Positions 25,863 through 35,778 of a stretch of DNA of 64,000 nucleotides are shown here, in pieces. This DNA is from Patescibacteria group bacterium. Lineage in GTDB: Bacteria > Patescibacteriota > Patescibacteriia > UBA9570. Both the position numbers and the translations under genes were made by a program. Below the pieces are notes generated by a model. The model worked only from the letters and a program-made list of their open reading frames with translations, was not told where the DNA came from and ran no database searches. The DNA is taken from assembly GCA_041660305.1 (NCBI GenBank), contig JBAZWO010000005.1, forward strand, positions 10,247 to 74,246, in the 5' to 3' direction. Numbering within the stretch: the first letter of the stretch is position 1; every line of letters starts with the position of its first letter.

Positions 25863-26618
25863 ATGGCCAAAGTGTATGCGTTTGTGAATCAGAAAGGAGG
25901 AGTTGGTAAAACTACTTCGGCGATTAATGTAGCTAGTTTTTTGGCCTTAGATGGTTTTCGAGTTTTGTTAGTGGATAGTGATCCACAGGCTAATTCTACT
26001 AGTGGCATTGGTATTGATCCACGTAAATTGGAAAAAGGCGTGTACGATGTAATTATTGGGCAACAAGCCATGGCGGATACGTTATTTCAATCGCCGGTGG
26101 AGCGTTTACATATTGTACCGGCTACTATTGCCTTGGCTGGCGCTTCGGTGGAATTAGTGAACGTAGAGCGCCGCGAGTATCGGCTACAACAAGCCATTCA
26201 AACTGTGTTGCCGTATTACGATTATATTATTATCGATTGCCCACCGTCATTGGAATTATTAACTGTAAATGCGTTAGTAGCTACGCATGAAGTGATTATA
26301 CCCGTGCAATGCGAGTATTATGCGCTAGAAGGTTTAACTCAATTACTTAATACCATTAAGCTTATTCAAGAAAATTTACACCCTAAATTAACGGTAAAAG
26401 GTGTAGTATTAACCATGTTTGATAAACGTAATAAACTTTCCCAAGAAATTGTGAATGAAATTAAGAAAAATTTGCCGCATAAAATTTTTAATACCATTAT
26501 TCCACGTAATGTAAAATTAGCTGAAGCGCCTTCGTATGGAAAACCGATTGTATTTTATGATAGCTGGTCTAAAGGCAGCCGAGCTTATCGGCAATTAACC
26601 GATGAAATCAAACAATAA
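25863..26618 (+). CDS. parA: Chromosome partitioning ATPase ParA/Soj
   Basis: Deviant Walker A NQKGGVGKTT; adjacent to parB. Confidence 0.93.
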   Translation: MAKVYAFVNQKGGVGKTTSAINVASFLALDGFRVLLVDSDPQANSTSGIGIDPRKLEKGVYDVIIGQQAMADTLFQSPVERLHIVPATIALAGASVELVNVERREYRLQQAIQTVLPYYDYIIIDCPPSLELLTVNALVATHEVIIPVQCEYYALEGLTQLLNTIKLIQENLHPKLTVKGVVLTMFDKRNKLSQEIVNEIKKNLPHKIFNTIIPRNVKLAEAPSYGKPIVFYDSWSKGSRAYRQLTDEIKQ

Positions 26619-26657
26619 AATTAAATAAAATAATATAAACGTGTTATAATATAAAAT

Positions 26658-27569
26658 ATGGCATTAGGTAGAGGACTAGCATCATTAATCCCATCAAAAT
26701 CTGCTAAGCAACCAGCGGATCATTCGGCTGTGCAAATAACCAAACCGGATTCAGACGTAGTCGGTTTGGAGGTAAAACAAATCCCAGTAGCGCATATTAT
26801 TGCCAATCCTTATCAACCACGTAAGCAATTTTCGCACCATGAGCTAGAAGATTTAATCGGTTCTATTAAACAGCATGGTATTTTACAGCCGTTGTTGGTA
26901 GTGAACAGTGAGCAGGAAACTGGTAAGTATCAATTAATTGCTGGTGAACGACGTTGGCGCGCGGCGCGTATTGCCGGATTAACTACCGTGCCAGTAATAG
27001 TGCGAGCAGCTAAAGAGCTAGAGCAATTAGAGCTAGCTCTAATTGAAAATATTCAACGAGCTGAATTATCACCGATAGAAAAAGCTAAAGGTTACAAACA
27101 ATTAATGGATGAATTTAGTTTGAATCAAGAAGAGGGGGCGCGTAAATTAGGCATTTCGCGTTCTACGTTTGCTAATACAGCTCGGTTATTGGAATTACCA
27201 GAAGAAATTCAACAAGCATTAATAGACAAAACAATTACTGAGGGACACGCCAAAATATTATTAGGGTTACCTTCTGCGGTTGAACAAAGTAAACATTTTA
27301 AACATATTGTAGCCGAACGCTGGTCGGTTCGTACTCTGGAGTTAGCGGTTCATGGCAAAACCAAACATCAGCATGTAGTAAGACATGTAAATGTTGGTTT
27401 ACCGCCGCATGTGCATGCTTGGCAAAATGTTTTAGCGCTGGACTTAGCCACTAAAGTAAAAATTAAATCCAAAGCTACCGGTGGAGTAATTGAAATACAT
27501 TATTATTCTGCTGAAGAATTAGGGCAGTTGGTGAAGAAAATTACTAAATTTTCTGCCGCAGCAAACTAA
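26658..27569 (+). CDS. parB: Chromosome partitioning protein ParB/Spo0J
   Basis: ParB box LIAGERRWRAARIAG and HTH GARKLGISRSTFANTARLL. Confidence 0.93.
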   Translation: MALGRGLASLIPSKSAKQPADHSAVQITKPDSDVVGLEVKQIPVAHIIANPYQPRKQFSHHELEDLIGSIKQHGILQPLLVVNSEQETGKYQLIAGERRWRAARIAGLTTVPVIVRAAKELEQLELALIENIQRAELSPIEKAKGYKQLMDEFSLNQEEGARKLGISRSTFANTARLLELPEEIQQALIDKTITEGHAKILLGLPSAVEQSKHFKHIVAERWSVRTLELAVHGKTKHQHVVRHVNVGLPPHVHAWQNVLALDLATKVKIKSKATGGVIEIHYYSAEELGQLVKKITKFSAAAN

Positions 27570-29013
27570 GCCTATCCTGAAACCGTTTACGATTTAGAGT
27601 ATTATGAATGTGACGTTTAGCGCTGCTGGTTTTTACAAAGTTCATCCAATCTGGATTAGGTAGTTTACGGTTTTTATCAATCATGATTTCTACTACATCA
27701 CCTGATTTTAACATAGTATCTAATGTAGTAAGTTGGCCATTTATTTTAGCACCGGTGCATTTATTACCTAAATCGGTATGAATATGATAAGCAAAATCAA
27801 TTGGCGTAGCGTCTTCTGGTAGATCAATTACATCTCCTTCCGGTGTAAAAATAAAAATGCGATTTTGAAACACGTCGATTTTTAACGATTCTAAGTATTG
27901 CGTGCTGTCACGAATTTCTTTTTGTAATTTAGCTAGCTGGTTAATCCAGGCCAAATGTTCCGGTAATTTTTTACTATGCACACCTTCTTTGTAATGCCAA
28001 TGGGCGGCGATACCGTATTCAGCGGCTTCGTGCATTTCCGGGGTGCGAATTTGAATTTCGGCGATATCGTGGTTAGGAGTGAAGACAGTGGTATGTAATG
28101 ATTGGTAGCCGTTTGGTTTGGGCTGGGCAATATAATCCTTAATCCGGCCTTTTAATGGGGTGCATTTAGTATGAACAATGCCAAGCGTTTCGTAACAACG
28201 AGAGATATTTTGCACAATAACACGCAGAGCAATTAAATCATAAATTTTACTTACATCACGATCGTGGCGCAATAATTTTTTATATAAACTAAATAAGCGT
28301 TTGGCACGACCATGCACAGAAATGTAGGGGATGTTATGATCTTGTAATAATTTTTCTATGTTGGTTTTTAATTCCACCATGGTTTTTTCTTTTTGATGCA
28401 ACGTTACATCGATGGTTTCCATTAACCATTTATATTCTTTAGGATAAACATAAGGGAAAGCCAAATCTTCCAATTGGCCTTTTAAATCACCCATACCTAA
28501 GCGGTTAGCAATCGGTGCGTAAATTTCTAGTGATTCTAAAGCGATTCTATACTGTTTATCTAGTGGTAACACTGACAATGTTTCTAAATTATGAATACGA
28601 TCGGCCAGTTTAATCATAATTACGCGAATGTCTTTGGCCATGGCCATGAACATTTTGCGCAGATTTTCAATGTAGCGCTCAATACCGCGATATTTTAATT
28701 TAGTTAACTTAGTAATGCCTTCTACTAAAAACGCGATTTCTGAACCAAAGTCTTTTTTAATATCCTTCAAAGTAAAGCTAGTATCTTCTGGTACATCGTG
28801 TAATAAGCCGGCGGCAATAGTAGCATCATCTAACCGTAATTGAGCTAGCTTGTAAGCCGTGGCCTTAGGGTGCTCAAAATAAGCCTCGCCCGATTTACGC
28901 ATCTGCCCTTCATGCGCAATTTCCGCGTAATCATAAACCCGGCTCAACAAATCCATGTTAGCATCGGGGTTCTGTTCTTTAATAAAATCCATCAACTCCT
29001 GCTTTTTCATCAC
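27544..29013 (-). CDS. rel: Bifunctional (p)ppGpp synthetase/hydrolase, Rel/SpoT homologue
   Basis: HD hydrolase (GLLHDVPEDT), RelA_SpoT synthetase (GYQSLHTTV), TGS domain. The 3' end overlaps parB by 26 nt. Confidence 0.9.
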   Translation of the reverse strand: MMKKQELMDFIKEQNPDANMDLLSRVYDYAEIAHEGQMRKSGEAYFEHPKATAYKLAQLRLDDATIAAGLLHDVPEDTSFTLKDIKKDFGSEIAFLVEGITKLTKLKYRGIERYIENLRKMFMAMAKDIRVIMIKLADRIHNLETLSVLPLDKQYRIALESLEIYAPIANRLGMGDLKGQLEDLAFPYVYPKEYKWLMETIDVTLHQKEKTMVELKTNIEKLLQDHNIPYISVHGRAKRLFSLYKKLLRHDRDVSKIYDLIALRVIVQNISRCYETLGIVHTKCTPLKGRIKDYIAQPKPNGYQSLHTTVFTPNHDIAEIQIRTPEMHEAAEYGIAAHWHYKEGVHSKKLPEHLAWINQLAKLQKEIRDSTQYLESLKIDVFQNRIFIFTPEGDVIDLPEDATPIDFAYHIHTDLGNKCTGAKINGQLTTLDTMLKSGDVVEIMIDKNRKLPNPDWMNFVKTSSAKRHIHNTLNRKRFQDRLSLLRQKI

Positions 29014-29082
29014 TTCAGCATACTGAATTTAACTAGAAAATTCAAGTTTATGGACGTGAATCTCGATATTCGCTACCTGATT

Positions 29083-29169
29083 GTTAACCCACCGGTACCA
29101 GCCTCGCCGGCTAGGCGGGTAAAACCGGGGGTTAACATCACTAACACCCGGGTTTATCCCGGTGTGTTA
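29083..29169. repeat. AACCC...GGGTT hairpin family, composite copy
   Basis: ttaacccaccggtaccagcctcgccggctaggcgggtaaaaccgggggttaa plus aacacccgggtttatcccggtgtgtt. Confidence 0.8.
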
Positions 29170-29251
29170 GTATCGGAATTCCGTTTATGGACAAAATCAT
29201 AAAAATATGCTAATATGCAAAAAGATTAATTTTTAAATAAACAAATTTTTT

Positions 29252-29524
29252 ATGAGTGAAGTAAATGAAAGAAAAACACCAGAACAATATAAAGCAGAGA
29301 ATTTTCAACAAGACTTAGATTCTTATAATACTGAGTTAGCAGGTAGGGCGCTAGAAAAAAATGTTAGTACTATTGTTATTATTAAAGAACAGTCACAAGC
29401 TAATAAGGATAGAGGAGAAGTACTAAGATTACAAAAAAACGGAGCGTATTTAAACGAAACAGAATTTATGGCAGATGCACTAGGTTTAACAGCTGCTAAG
29501 ATGAGAGCAACACAAGAGCTTTAG
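29252..29524 (+). CDS. Hypothetical protein (90 aa)
   Basis: Host-like composition; no domain recognised. Confidence 0.35.
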   Translation: MSEVNERKTPEQYKAENFQQDLDSYNTELAGRALEKNVSTIVIIKEQSQANKDRGEVLRLQKNGAYLNETEFMADALGLTAAKMRATQEL

Positions 29525-29526
29525 AT

Positions 29527-32151
29527 TTACTTCAATTTTTTCTCAACTAACGTAATAGCTTCAGCTAGCGTAAGGCTTTGTGGGTCGGTACCTTTGGGTA
29601 CACTAACGTTCTTTTTTCCGACTTTAAGATAATGTCCATATTTACCAGTGCAGAGCTGGATTTTATCTTTGGTAGCTGGATATTCACCGATAATTTTTAA
29701 GACACTGCTTTTAGAGCGGTTACCGCGGCCTAATTTTGGCGTGTCTAAGAAGGTGCAGGCTTGTTCAAAAGTTAGCTCTAATAAATTATAATCTTTATTT
29801 AGGCTTCTAGTTTCAATGCCACAGCGAATATACGGACCGAATCTACCGTTATCGGCCACAATATTTTCGCCTGATTTTGGATACACGCCAATCACTTTAG
29901 GCAAATTCAATAACTGTAAAGCAGTTTCCAATGTAACGTCAGCTGGTTTCATGCCGCGCAGTAACCCTTTCATTTTCGGTTTAATTATTTTTGGTTTTTT
30001 GGTTTTTTTTGTTGACTTTTTTTTCTCAGGAGAATCCTGCGTAGTCTCGGTATCGCGAGACGAAGCAGATCCTAATTGTACATACGGCCCAAAGCGTCCT
30101 TCCAAAACGTACACAGCTTTGCCGGTAACCGGATCTTTGCCTAGTTCAGTTGGACCGGCTTGATGTTTTTCAATAAACTCCAAAGCGGCAGCAACGGTTA
30201 ATTCATCGGGCGGAAGATCGGTAGGAATGCTGGCGGTTTTGGATTCTTCACCATTAGTAATATGTTCTACAAATGGTCCAAATCTACCAACCCGCACGTT
30301 CACGGCTTTGTCATCAGGCGCGGTACCGATTGGAATAGTACATACTTGGCGAGGGTCGATTTCGGTTTTTACTAATTCATGTAAACCGGGTAACTCTGGC
30401 AAATCACCAAAATAAAATTGTTGTAAATAAGGCAAGTGTTTTTTCGTGCCGGCAGCAATAGCATCCAAATCTTCTTCCATACTGGCCGTGTATTTGGCGT
30501 CTACCAAATTACTAAAATGACTGCGTAATAAATTAGTCACTGCAAAGGCAACGAATCTTGGAATTAACGCGCCGTGTTCTTTGTGAATATAGCCACGGCG
30601 TTGAATAGTATCAATAATGGTGGCGTAAGTACTAGGGCGACCAATACCTTTTGTTTCTAATTCTTTCACTAAAGCAGCTTCGGTAAAGCGTGCCGGTGGT
30701 TGGGTAGTATGAGGATTAGCTGATAATGTAGTAGCGATTACGGTATCGTTAGTGTTTAAATTCGGTAACGTTTTATCACGTTCACTTAAATCGGCTTCCG
30801 GATCATCGGAGCCTTCTACGTAAACGCGTAAATAACCGGGGAATTTAATCACGCGGCCGCTAGCTTGAAACAGCGCCTTGCTTTGTTCTAACTTTACGGT
30901 AGTTTGTAACATTTGGGCATCGGCCATTTGCGAGGCAATGGTGCGTTTCCAAATTAATTCGTATAACCGGAGTTGATCACTGTCTAAATTGTTTTTTAAT
31001 TCTTCTGGAGTGGCCATGCTAGTACCAGCCGGACGAATGGCCTCGTGCGCTTCTTGGGCTAACTTATTTTTGCTTTTGTAGATACGAGGGGAGGCCGGTA
31101 CATAATCGGCACCGTATAATTGTTCAATGCGTGCGCGAGCAGCCGATATGGCTTGTTGCGATAACTGAATGGAATCGGTACGCATGTAGGTAATCATACC
31201 TTGTTCGTATAAGCGCTGGGCTAGACGCATGGTTTGGCTGGCCGATAAACCTAATTTACGGCCAGCTTCTTGTTGTAAGGTACTGGTAATAAACGGAGCA
31301 TAAGGCCGAGAGGTAATGGGTTTTTGTTGAACATCGGTAACTTGCCAGGAACTGTGTTGCCATTGTTTAACTAATTCAGCGGCATTGGTTTCGTTTAATA
31401 CGGTTACTTTATCTGCCAAATGATTTAATAACTTTCCCGTAGCACTATCAAAATCTTTACCGGCAGCAATTTTTTTGCTAGCATTACTAACCAGTCTAGC
31501 TTCAAATGTTTCATTAGTGGCAGTGGTAAACGTACCAAGTACATCATAATAATTACTGGTATGAAAATTGATGCGCTGTTGTTCGCGTTCCACAATTAAG
31601 CTGACGGCGGCGCTTTGTACGCGGCCAGCCGATAATTTTGGCGCCACTTTTCTCCATAATACAGGGGATACCTCGTAGCCGTATAATCTATCTAAAATGC
31701 GTCGCGTTTCTTGAGCTTCTACTAAGTGCATATCTAATTCGCGCGGGTTTTCTAACGCAGCCGTAATAGCTTCTTTAGTAATTTCATGAAATACCATGCG
31801 GTAAACCGGTATAGTTGGTTTTAACACCTCCAATAAATGCCAGCTAATCGCTTCTCCTTCACGGTCTTCGTCGCTCGCTAGATACAGAGCGTCTGCGTCT
31901 TTTAATAGTTGTTTTAGTTTAGCGACCTGCTTTTTTTTATCATTCGGAATTACATAGAGGGGAGCAAAGTTTTCTGTAACATTTACTCCTAGACGCGCCC
32001 AGCTATTTTTTTTGTAGGCCGCTGGAATATCTTCAGCCGATTGCGGTAAATCGCGAATATGACCAAAACTAGATTCTACCGCATAGTCTTTAGGTAAAAA
32101 TCGTTTTATGGTTTTAGCTTTAGTTGGGCTTTCTACAATAACTAATTTCAT
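29527..32151 (-). CDS. topA: DNA topoisomerase I
   Basis: TOPRIM start MKLVIVESPTKAKTIKRFL, catalytic region MITYMRTDS, C-terminal repeats GRFGPY. Confidence 0.97.
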   Translation of the reverse strand: MKLVIVESPTKAKTIKRFLPKDYAVESSFGHIRDLPQSAEDIPAAYKKNSWARLGVNVTENFAPLYVIPNDKKKQVAKLKQLLKDADALYLASDEDREGEAISWHLLEVLKPTIPVYRMVFHEITKEAITAALENPRELDMHLVEAQETRRILDRLYGYEVSPVLWRKVAPKLSAGRVQSAAVSLIVEREQQRINFHTSNYYDVLGTFTTATNETFEARLVSNASKKIAAGKDFDSATGKLLNHLADKVTVLNETNAAELVKQWQHSSWQVTDVQQKPITSRPYAPFITSTLQQEAGRKLGLSASQTMRLAQRLYEQGMITYMRTDSIQLSQQAISAARARIEQLYGADYVPASPRIYKSKNKLAQEAHEAIRPAGTSMATPEELKNNLDSDQLRLYELIWKRTIASQMADAQMLQTTVKLEQSKALFQASGRVIKFPGYLRVYVEGSDDPEADLSERDKTLPNLNTNDTVIATTLSANPHTTQPPARFTEAALVKELETKGIGRPSTYATIIDTIQRRGYIHKEHGALIPRFVAFAVTNLLRSHFSNLVDAKYTASMEEDLDAIAAGTKKHLPYLQQFYFGDLPELPGLHELVKTEIDPRQVCTIPIGTAPDDKAVNVRVGRFGPFVEHITNGEESKTASIPTDLPPDELTVAAALEFIEKHQAGPTELGKDPVTGKAVYVLEGRFGPYVQLGSASSRDTETTQDSPEKKKSTKKTKKPKIIKPKMKGLLRGMKPADVTLETALQLLNLPKVIGVYPKSGENIVADNGRFGPYIRCGIETRSLNKDYNLLELTFEQACTFLDTPKLGRGNRSKSSVLKIIGEYPATKDKIQLCTGKYGHYLKVGKKNVSVPKGTDPQSLTLAEAITLVEKKLK

Positions 32152-33010
32152 AAGTGTAATCCATGTTTCTTCGTACTATTCCTTGTATTTCCAAATCTGT
32201 CAAGTTTTCGGCAACCTGTTCGGCCGAAAACGGCAGTATATCAGCTAGTTGTTCTGCACTTAATGGCGTGGCTTCTAGCTCATGAATAATACGTTGTTGA
32301 TTAGAGGATAAAGTAGTAGGCAAGGCAAATGGCAGTGTGCCGGAATTAAGCGTGGCTAAATTTAATTCTTCTAAAATATCAGGCGCTTGTTCTACTAATT
32401 TAGCCCCTTGTTTAATAAGTTGGTGCGTGCCGGCCGATCGAGTACTAAACACCGAGCCAGGTACGGCAAATACTTCCCGGTTCATTTCCAGGGCATAGCG
32501 TGCCGTGCCTAATGCCCCAGATTTTAAGCGCGCTTCTATTACCAATGTGCCTAAACTAATGCCAGCGATAATGCGGTTTCGGGCTGGAAAATAATAGCGG
32601 CGCGCTACCGTGTTTGGCGGATATTCAGAAATAAGCAGGCCGTTATTATCTATGATACGTTTGGCTAATTGCTGGTGTTCACTAGGAAAAATATAGCGCG
32701 ATGCCAAACCATTGGCTAACACGGCAATGGTATAACCACCTGAATCGAGTGCGGTACGATGGGCAATCGCGTCAATACCCGTGGCTAAACCGCTCACAAT
32801 TACTAAGCCGGCCGGTACTAAACCACTCACTAATTGTTCACAACTAGTCTGGCCGTAATTAGTCATATTTCGGCTACCTACCACAGCCACGCTTGGTTGA
32901 TTAAGCAGGGCTATATTGCCTAAGGCGTATAATTGTTCTGGTACTTGAGCAATGGATTTTAATAATAATGGAAACGCCGCTTCATTAGGCGTTAGTTGAA
33001 TAATGTTCAT
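32120..33010 (-). CDS. dprA: DNA-processing protein DprA
   Basis: VAVVGSRNMTNYG ... VIVSGLATGIDAIAHR ... RNRIIAG. Overlaps topA. Confidence 0.9.
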   Translation of the reverse strand: MNIIQLTPNEAAFPLLLKSIAQVPEQLYALGNIALLNQPSVAVVGSRNMTNYGQTSCEQLVSGLVPAGLVIVSGLATGIDAIAHRTALDSGGYTIAVLANGLASRYIFPSEHQQLAKRIIDNNGLLISEYPPNTVARRYYFPARNRIIAGISLGTLVIEARLKSGALGTARYALEMNREVFAVPGSVFSTRSAGTHQLIKQGAKLVEQAPDILEELNLATLNSGTLPFALPTTLSSNQQRIIHELEATPLSAEQLADILPFSAEQVAENLTDLEIQGIVRRNMDYTYEISYCRKPN

Positions 33011-33089
33011 GAAATAAAAAACGCTACTAAATTAAAAGATAGTGAGCGCTCAATAAAACTAGTATAGCAGTTTTGCGGATTGTAGGCAA
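33011..33089 (-). promoter_or_regulatory. dprA-topA promoter plus conserved leader with TGAGCGCTCA palindrome
   Basis: Reverse strand: TTGCCT (33089-33084), 17 nt, TATACT (33066-33061), then TTATTGAGCGCTCACTAT (palindrome 33042-33051). It overlaps the divergent mscS promoter (TTGCGG, 17 nt, TATAGT; 33073-33101). Confidence 0.45.
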
Positions 33090-33108
33090 ATTTGCTATAG
33101 TTTAGCTT

Positions 33109-33870
33109 ATGAATTGGAGGTTAATAATTATTGCTGGCAGTACGTTGCTGTTGTACTATGTGTTCAGCTTTTTTGGTAAGCGTGCTTGGATAACGTTTTT
33201 ATCTAAAGAGCAGAGCGTGTTAACTAGAGCAACCAAAGTGGCCGGTGATTTTACGCAGCGTATTGAAACCATTAGCTCGGTATTAAACAAAACCGTTAAA
33301 ACAGTAATTATATTAATTGGCGCGGCCATGATTTTATCGGAAATAGGTATTAATATTGGCCCTATTTTGGCTGGTGCTGGCATTGTGGGGGTGGCCTTGG
33401 GTTTTGGTGCGCAATCTTTAGTGAAAGATATTTTAGGGGGCGTGTTTGTGATTACAGAACATCAATATGTAAAAGGGGATGTGGTTAAATTGGGAGATGT
33501 TATAGGCACGGTTACGCACTTATCATTGCGAACAGCTGTGTTGCGTGATAGCGATGGGGTAGAGCACTTTGTGCCACATGGTTCGGTAACCCAAGTAGCA
33601 AATTATACTAAGCAATGGGTAAAAATTAATTTAATGGTACCGTTTAGTTGTAATAATTCTGTAGAACAAGTGCAACAAGTATTAACTGATGTTGTTAAAC
33701 AATTTTCTATAACACCACTAACAGTATTAGGTATTGAACGATTTGAAGATAATAAAATGATTTTTCATATTGATGGGGAAGTGCGCGCGGCCGAACAATG
33801 GCGTGTGCTGCGCGAATTACGTTGGCGCATTAAATTAGCCTGTGAACAAAATAAATTAATTCTAGCCTAA
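33109..33870 (+). CDS. Small-conductance mechanosensitive channel (MscS family)
   Basis: Pore helix GPILAGAGIVGVALGFGAQSLVKDILGG followed by a beta-domain. Confidence 0.85.
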   Translation: MNWRLIIIAGSTLLLYYVFSFFGKRAWITFLSKEQSVLTRATKVAGDFTQRIETISSVLNKTVKTVIILIGAAMILSEIGINIGPILAGAGIVGVALGFGAQSLVKDILGGVFVITEHQYVKGDVVKLGDVIGTVTHLSLRTAVLRDSDGVEHFVPHGSVTQVANYTKQWVKINLMVPFSCNNSVEQVQQVLTDVVKQFSITPLTVLGIERFEDNKMIFHIDGEVRAAEQWRVLRELRWRIKLACEQNKLILA

Positions 33871-34892
33871 TGACCGAGCAAGACGGTACACTTTCAAAAA
33901 TTACCGTTGGGTTAATAGCTATTGTAGCGTTAGCCGCAGTGTTGTTGCGTTGGTTGTATCCCATGAACCAGACAACTACTAATCTAGCGGCTACGCTTAC
34001 GCCACAACCTTTAACAGGTACCGTATTAACACCAGCTCATACCAATCAGTTAACGGCCGCATTTCAGCCAGCTTTATTATTAAGTGAACAAGCTACTGGT
34101 TTAGTGGTGCAAAACCAAGCTAATTTGGAATGGCGTGCTGCTAATCAGCCGGCGCAATCATTAGTGCAGCAACTGAATTTACCACAGCAGGTTATGCAGG
34201 CGCCTTGGTTATTTAGTAATGCCGAGCAACGTGTTGTAATATTACGGCGCCAAGCCGAGCAGCAACAATATTATCAAGTAATGATCTTTTCCAGCACCTG
34301 GCAGTCGCAACAGCAATTTAATTTACCAGCGGTAACACAACAACCAAGTCAGGTAGACATGGCGTTAATTAATAATAATTTATTAATTGCGGAACAAACC
34401 AATAACGCAATAACGTTAAGTAAAGTGAACCTGCAAGGTCAGTTGCAGAATCAGGTAATGATGAAAAAACAATTATTAAATTTAGGTCAGCTTATTAGAG
34501 TTATCAATAATGCCGATAGTTCAGTATTTGTTTTTTCACAGGTTAATAACCAGTTATTTATTACCAAAATTAATACAGATAATTTAGAGCAAGTATTACA
34601 AGTAAAGATTAAGTTGCCAGATAGCACCTTACAGATTACCGATATTACTAAACTGAATAATTATTTTGTCTGTTTAGCCCAACTAGCTAACACTCCCAAC
34701 AGCTGGATGTTATTACCATTCAGCACCGATTTCCAAAATTATTTTACACCTGTCTCGCTTAAACAAATTAACGCTTCTGCAACTACTCAACCACGCTTAT
34801 ACAGCGCCGCCAAAAGCTTAGCCGTTATTTACTCCGGTGCCGCGCCAACAGAGTATCATGTGGATACGTATTTGACAGAGAGTTTATTTTGA
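33870..34892 (+). CDS. Gln-rich membrane-anchored hypothetical protein
   Basis: One TM helix (ITVGLIAIVALAAVLL), Q-rich. Start overlaps the mscS stop. Confidence 0.45.
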   Translation: MTEQDGTLSKITVGLIAIVALAAVLLRWLYPMNQTTTNLAATLTPQPLTGTVLTPAHTNQLTAAFQPALLLSEQATGLVVQNQANLEWRAANQPAQSLVQQLNLPQQVMQAPWLFSNAEQRVVILRRQAEQQQYYQVMIFSSTWQSQQQFNLPAVTQQPSQVDMALINNNLLIAEQTNNAITLSKVNLQGQLQNQVMMKKQLLNLGQLIRVINNADSSVFVFSQVNNQLFITKINTDNLEQVLQVKIKLPDSTLQITDITKLNNYFVCLAQLANTPNSWMLLPFSTDFQNYFTPVSLKQINASATTQPRLYSAAKSLAVIYSGAAPTEYHVDTYLTESLF

Positions 34893-34956
34893 TATATTAT
34901 TATCTCAGATGGTAAGTCAGATGATCAATTAAGGATCGCTCGAATCCCGAGCAAAA

Positions 34957-34992
34957 AAATAAATGGCCAAATTATTGGTCATTTATTTTTTT
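34957..34992 (+). terminator. Intrinsic terminator
   Basis: AAATAAATGGCCAA-atta-TTGGTCATTTATTT (14 bp including one G-T pair) running into a T-run. Confidence 0.6.
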
Positions 34993-35006
34993 AAAAAATA
35001 AATATC

Positions 35007-35115
35007 CGTATCTAACAGGGTGGACACGAGGGGCGAAATCGGGCGGTCCCGACATCTGACTTACCATTTAGATGCTTGGGGTTCAACTCCCCTTCGCTCC
35101 ACCCTGTTAGATACG
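35007..35115. repeat. 18-bp perfect inverted repeat bracketing the tmRNA-like element
   Basis: CGTATCTAACAGGGTGGA (35007-35024) pairs with TCCACCCTGTTAGATACG (35098-35115). Confidence 0.9.
35030..35103 (+). ncRNA. tmRNA-like RNA with only the tRNA-like domain (mini-ssrA, or ssrA deletion remnant)
   Basis: The acceptor GGGGCGA/TCGCTCC includes a G3:U70 pair. GGTCCCGACA matches the GGAUUCGACN box at the tmRNA 5' end. T-arm GGGG-TTCAACT-CCCC, then discriminator A and CC. The middle is only a 7-bp stem with the 8-nt loop CTTACCAT. Confidence 0.5.
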
Positions 35116-35147
35116 CATGATAATAAATAAAATTAATTTATAATTTT

Positions 35148-35318
35148 ATGATTAAAACAGCATTAAATTTGCTAAAAAATACGCATAAGAAAATCTTAAA
35201 AACAACCACAACTGATCATTCTGGAAAAGCTACTTTGTTAGCGTTAAGCAAAATGAACATTACTGGTGGTCCAAAAGATTTGTCGCAAAATCTGGATAAA
35301 TATTTATATAAAAATTAG
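35148..35318 (+). CDS. Putative VapB-like antitoxin (56 aa)
   Basis: Below the ORF-track cutoff. Ends 3 nt before the PIN gene. MIKTALNLLKNTHKKILKTTTTDHSGKATLLALSKMNITGGPKDLSQNLDKYLYKN. Confidence 0.4.
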   Translation: MIKTALNLLKNTHKKILKTTTTDHSGKATLLALSKMNITGGPKDLSQNLDKYLYKN

Positions 35319-35321
35319 GCT

Positions 35322-35729
35322 ATGAAAGTATTTATTGATGCCGATGCTTTAATTGCTATTATGAAGCATGACGACATAAATCATGATAAGGCGTTCAAGT
35401 GTTTGGAAAAGTTAGTGCAGCAAGAGGTTATTTTTTTAACCTCTAATTATGTGTTTGCTGAAGTGGTTACAGTATTGAGTCAGCGCGTTAGCCAAGCTAG
35501 TGCTAAACAATTTATCAACATCATGCGTTCAACAGATTCACCTTTTATTGTTCGTTGGGTTGATGAAATTATAGCAGATGAAGCGGTGACTATTTTTGAA
35601 CAACAAACATCTAAAAATGTTAGTTTTGTAGATTGTGTAAATATGGCGTTGGTAAAAATAGACAACATTGATCAAATTTTTAGCTTTGATTCGGTGTATA
35701 AAAAAAATAAATTTGTGATGGTTGGATAA
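35322..35729 (+). CDS. PIN-domain ribonuclease (VapC-like toxin)
   Basis: MKVFIDADALIAI (first acidic residue), later FVDCVN acidic positions; 135 aa. Confidence 0.75.
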   Translation: MKVFIDADALIAIMKHDDINHDKAFKCLEKLVQQEVIFLTSNYVFAEVVTVLSQRVSQASAKQFINIMRSTDSPFIVRWVDEIIADEAVTIFEQQTSKNVSFVDCVNMALVKIDNIDQIFSFDSVYKKNKFVMVG

Positions 35730-35778
35730 CTGCGTTTCAACCACCGACAAATTGTCGATAATTGAAATTAGTCATGGT

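Noticed and set aside
34901-34950. Second tRNA or permuted tmRNA coding piece upstream of the tmRNA-like element
   Set aside because: Only fragments are present: a T-loop-like TCGAATCCCGAG and a GATC stem with loop AATTAAG. No complete cloverleaf can be drawn and no tag-like ORF ending in hydrophobic-Ala-Ala was found.
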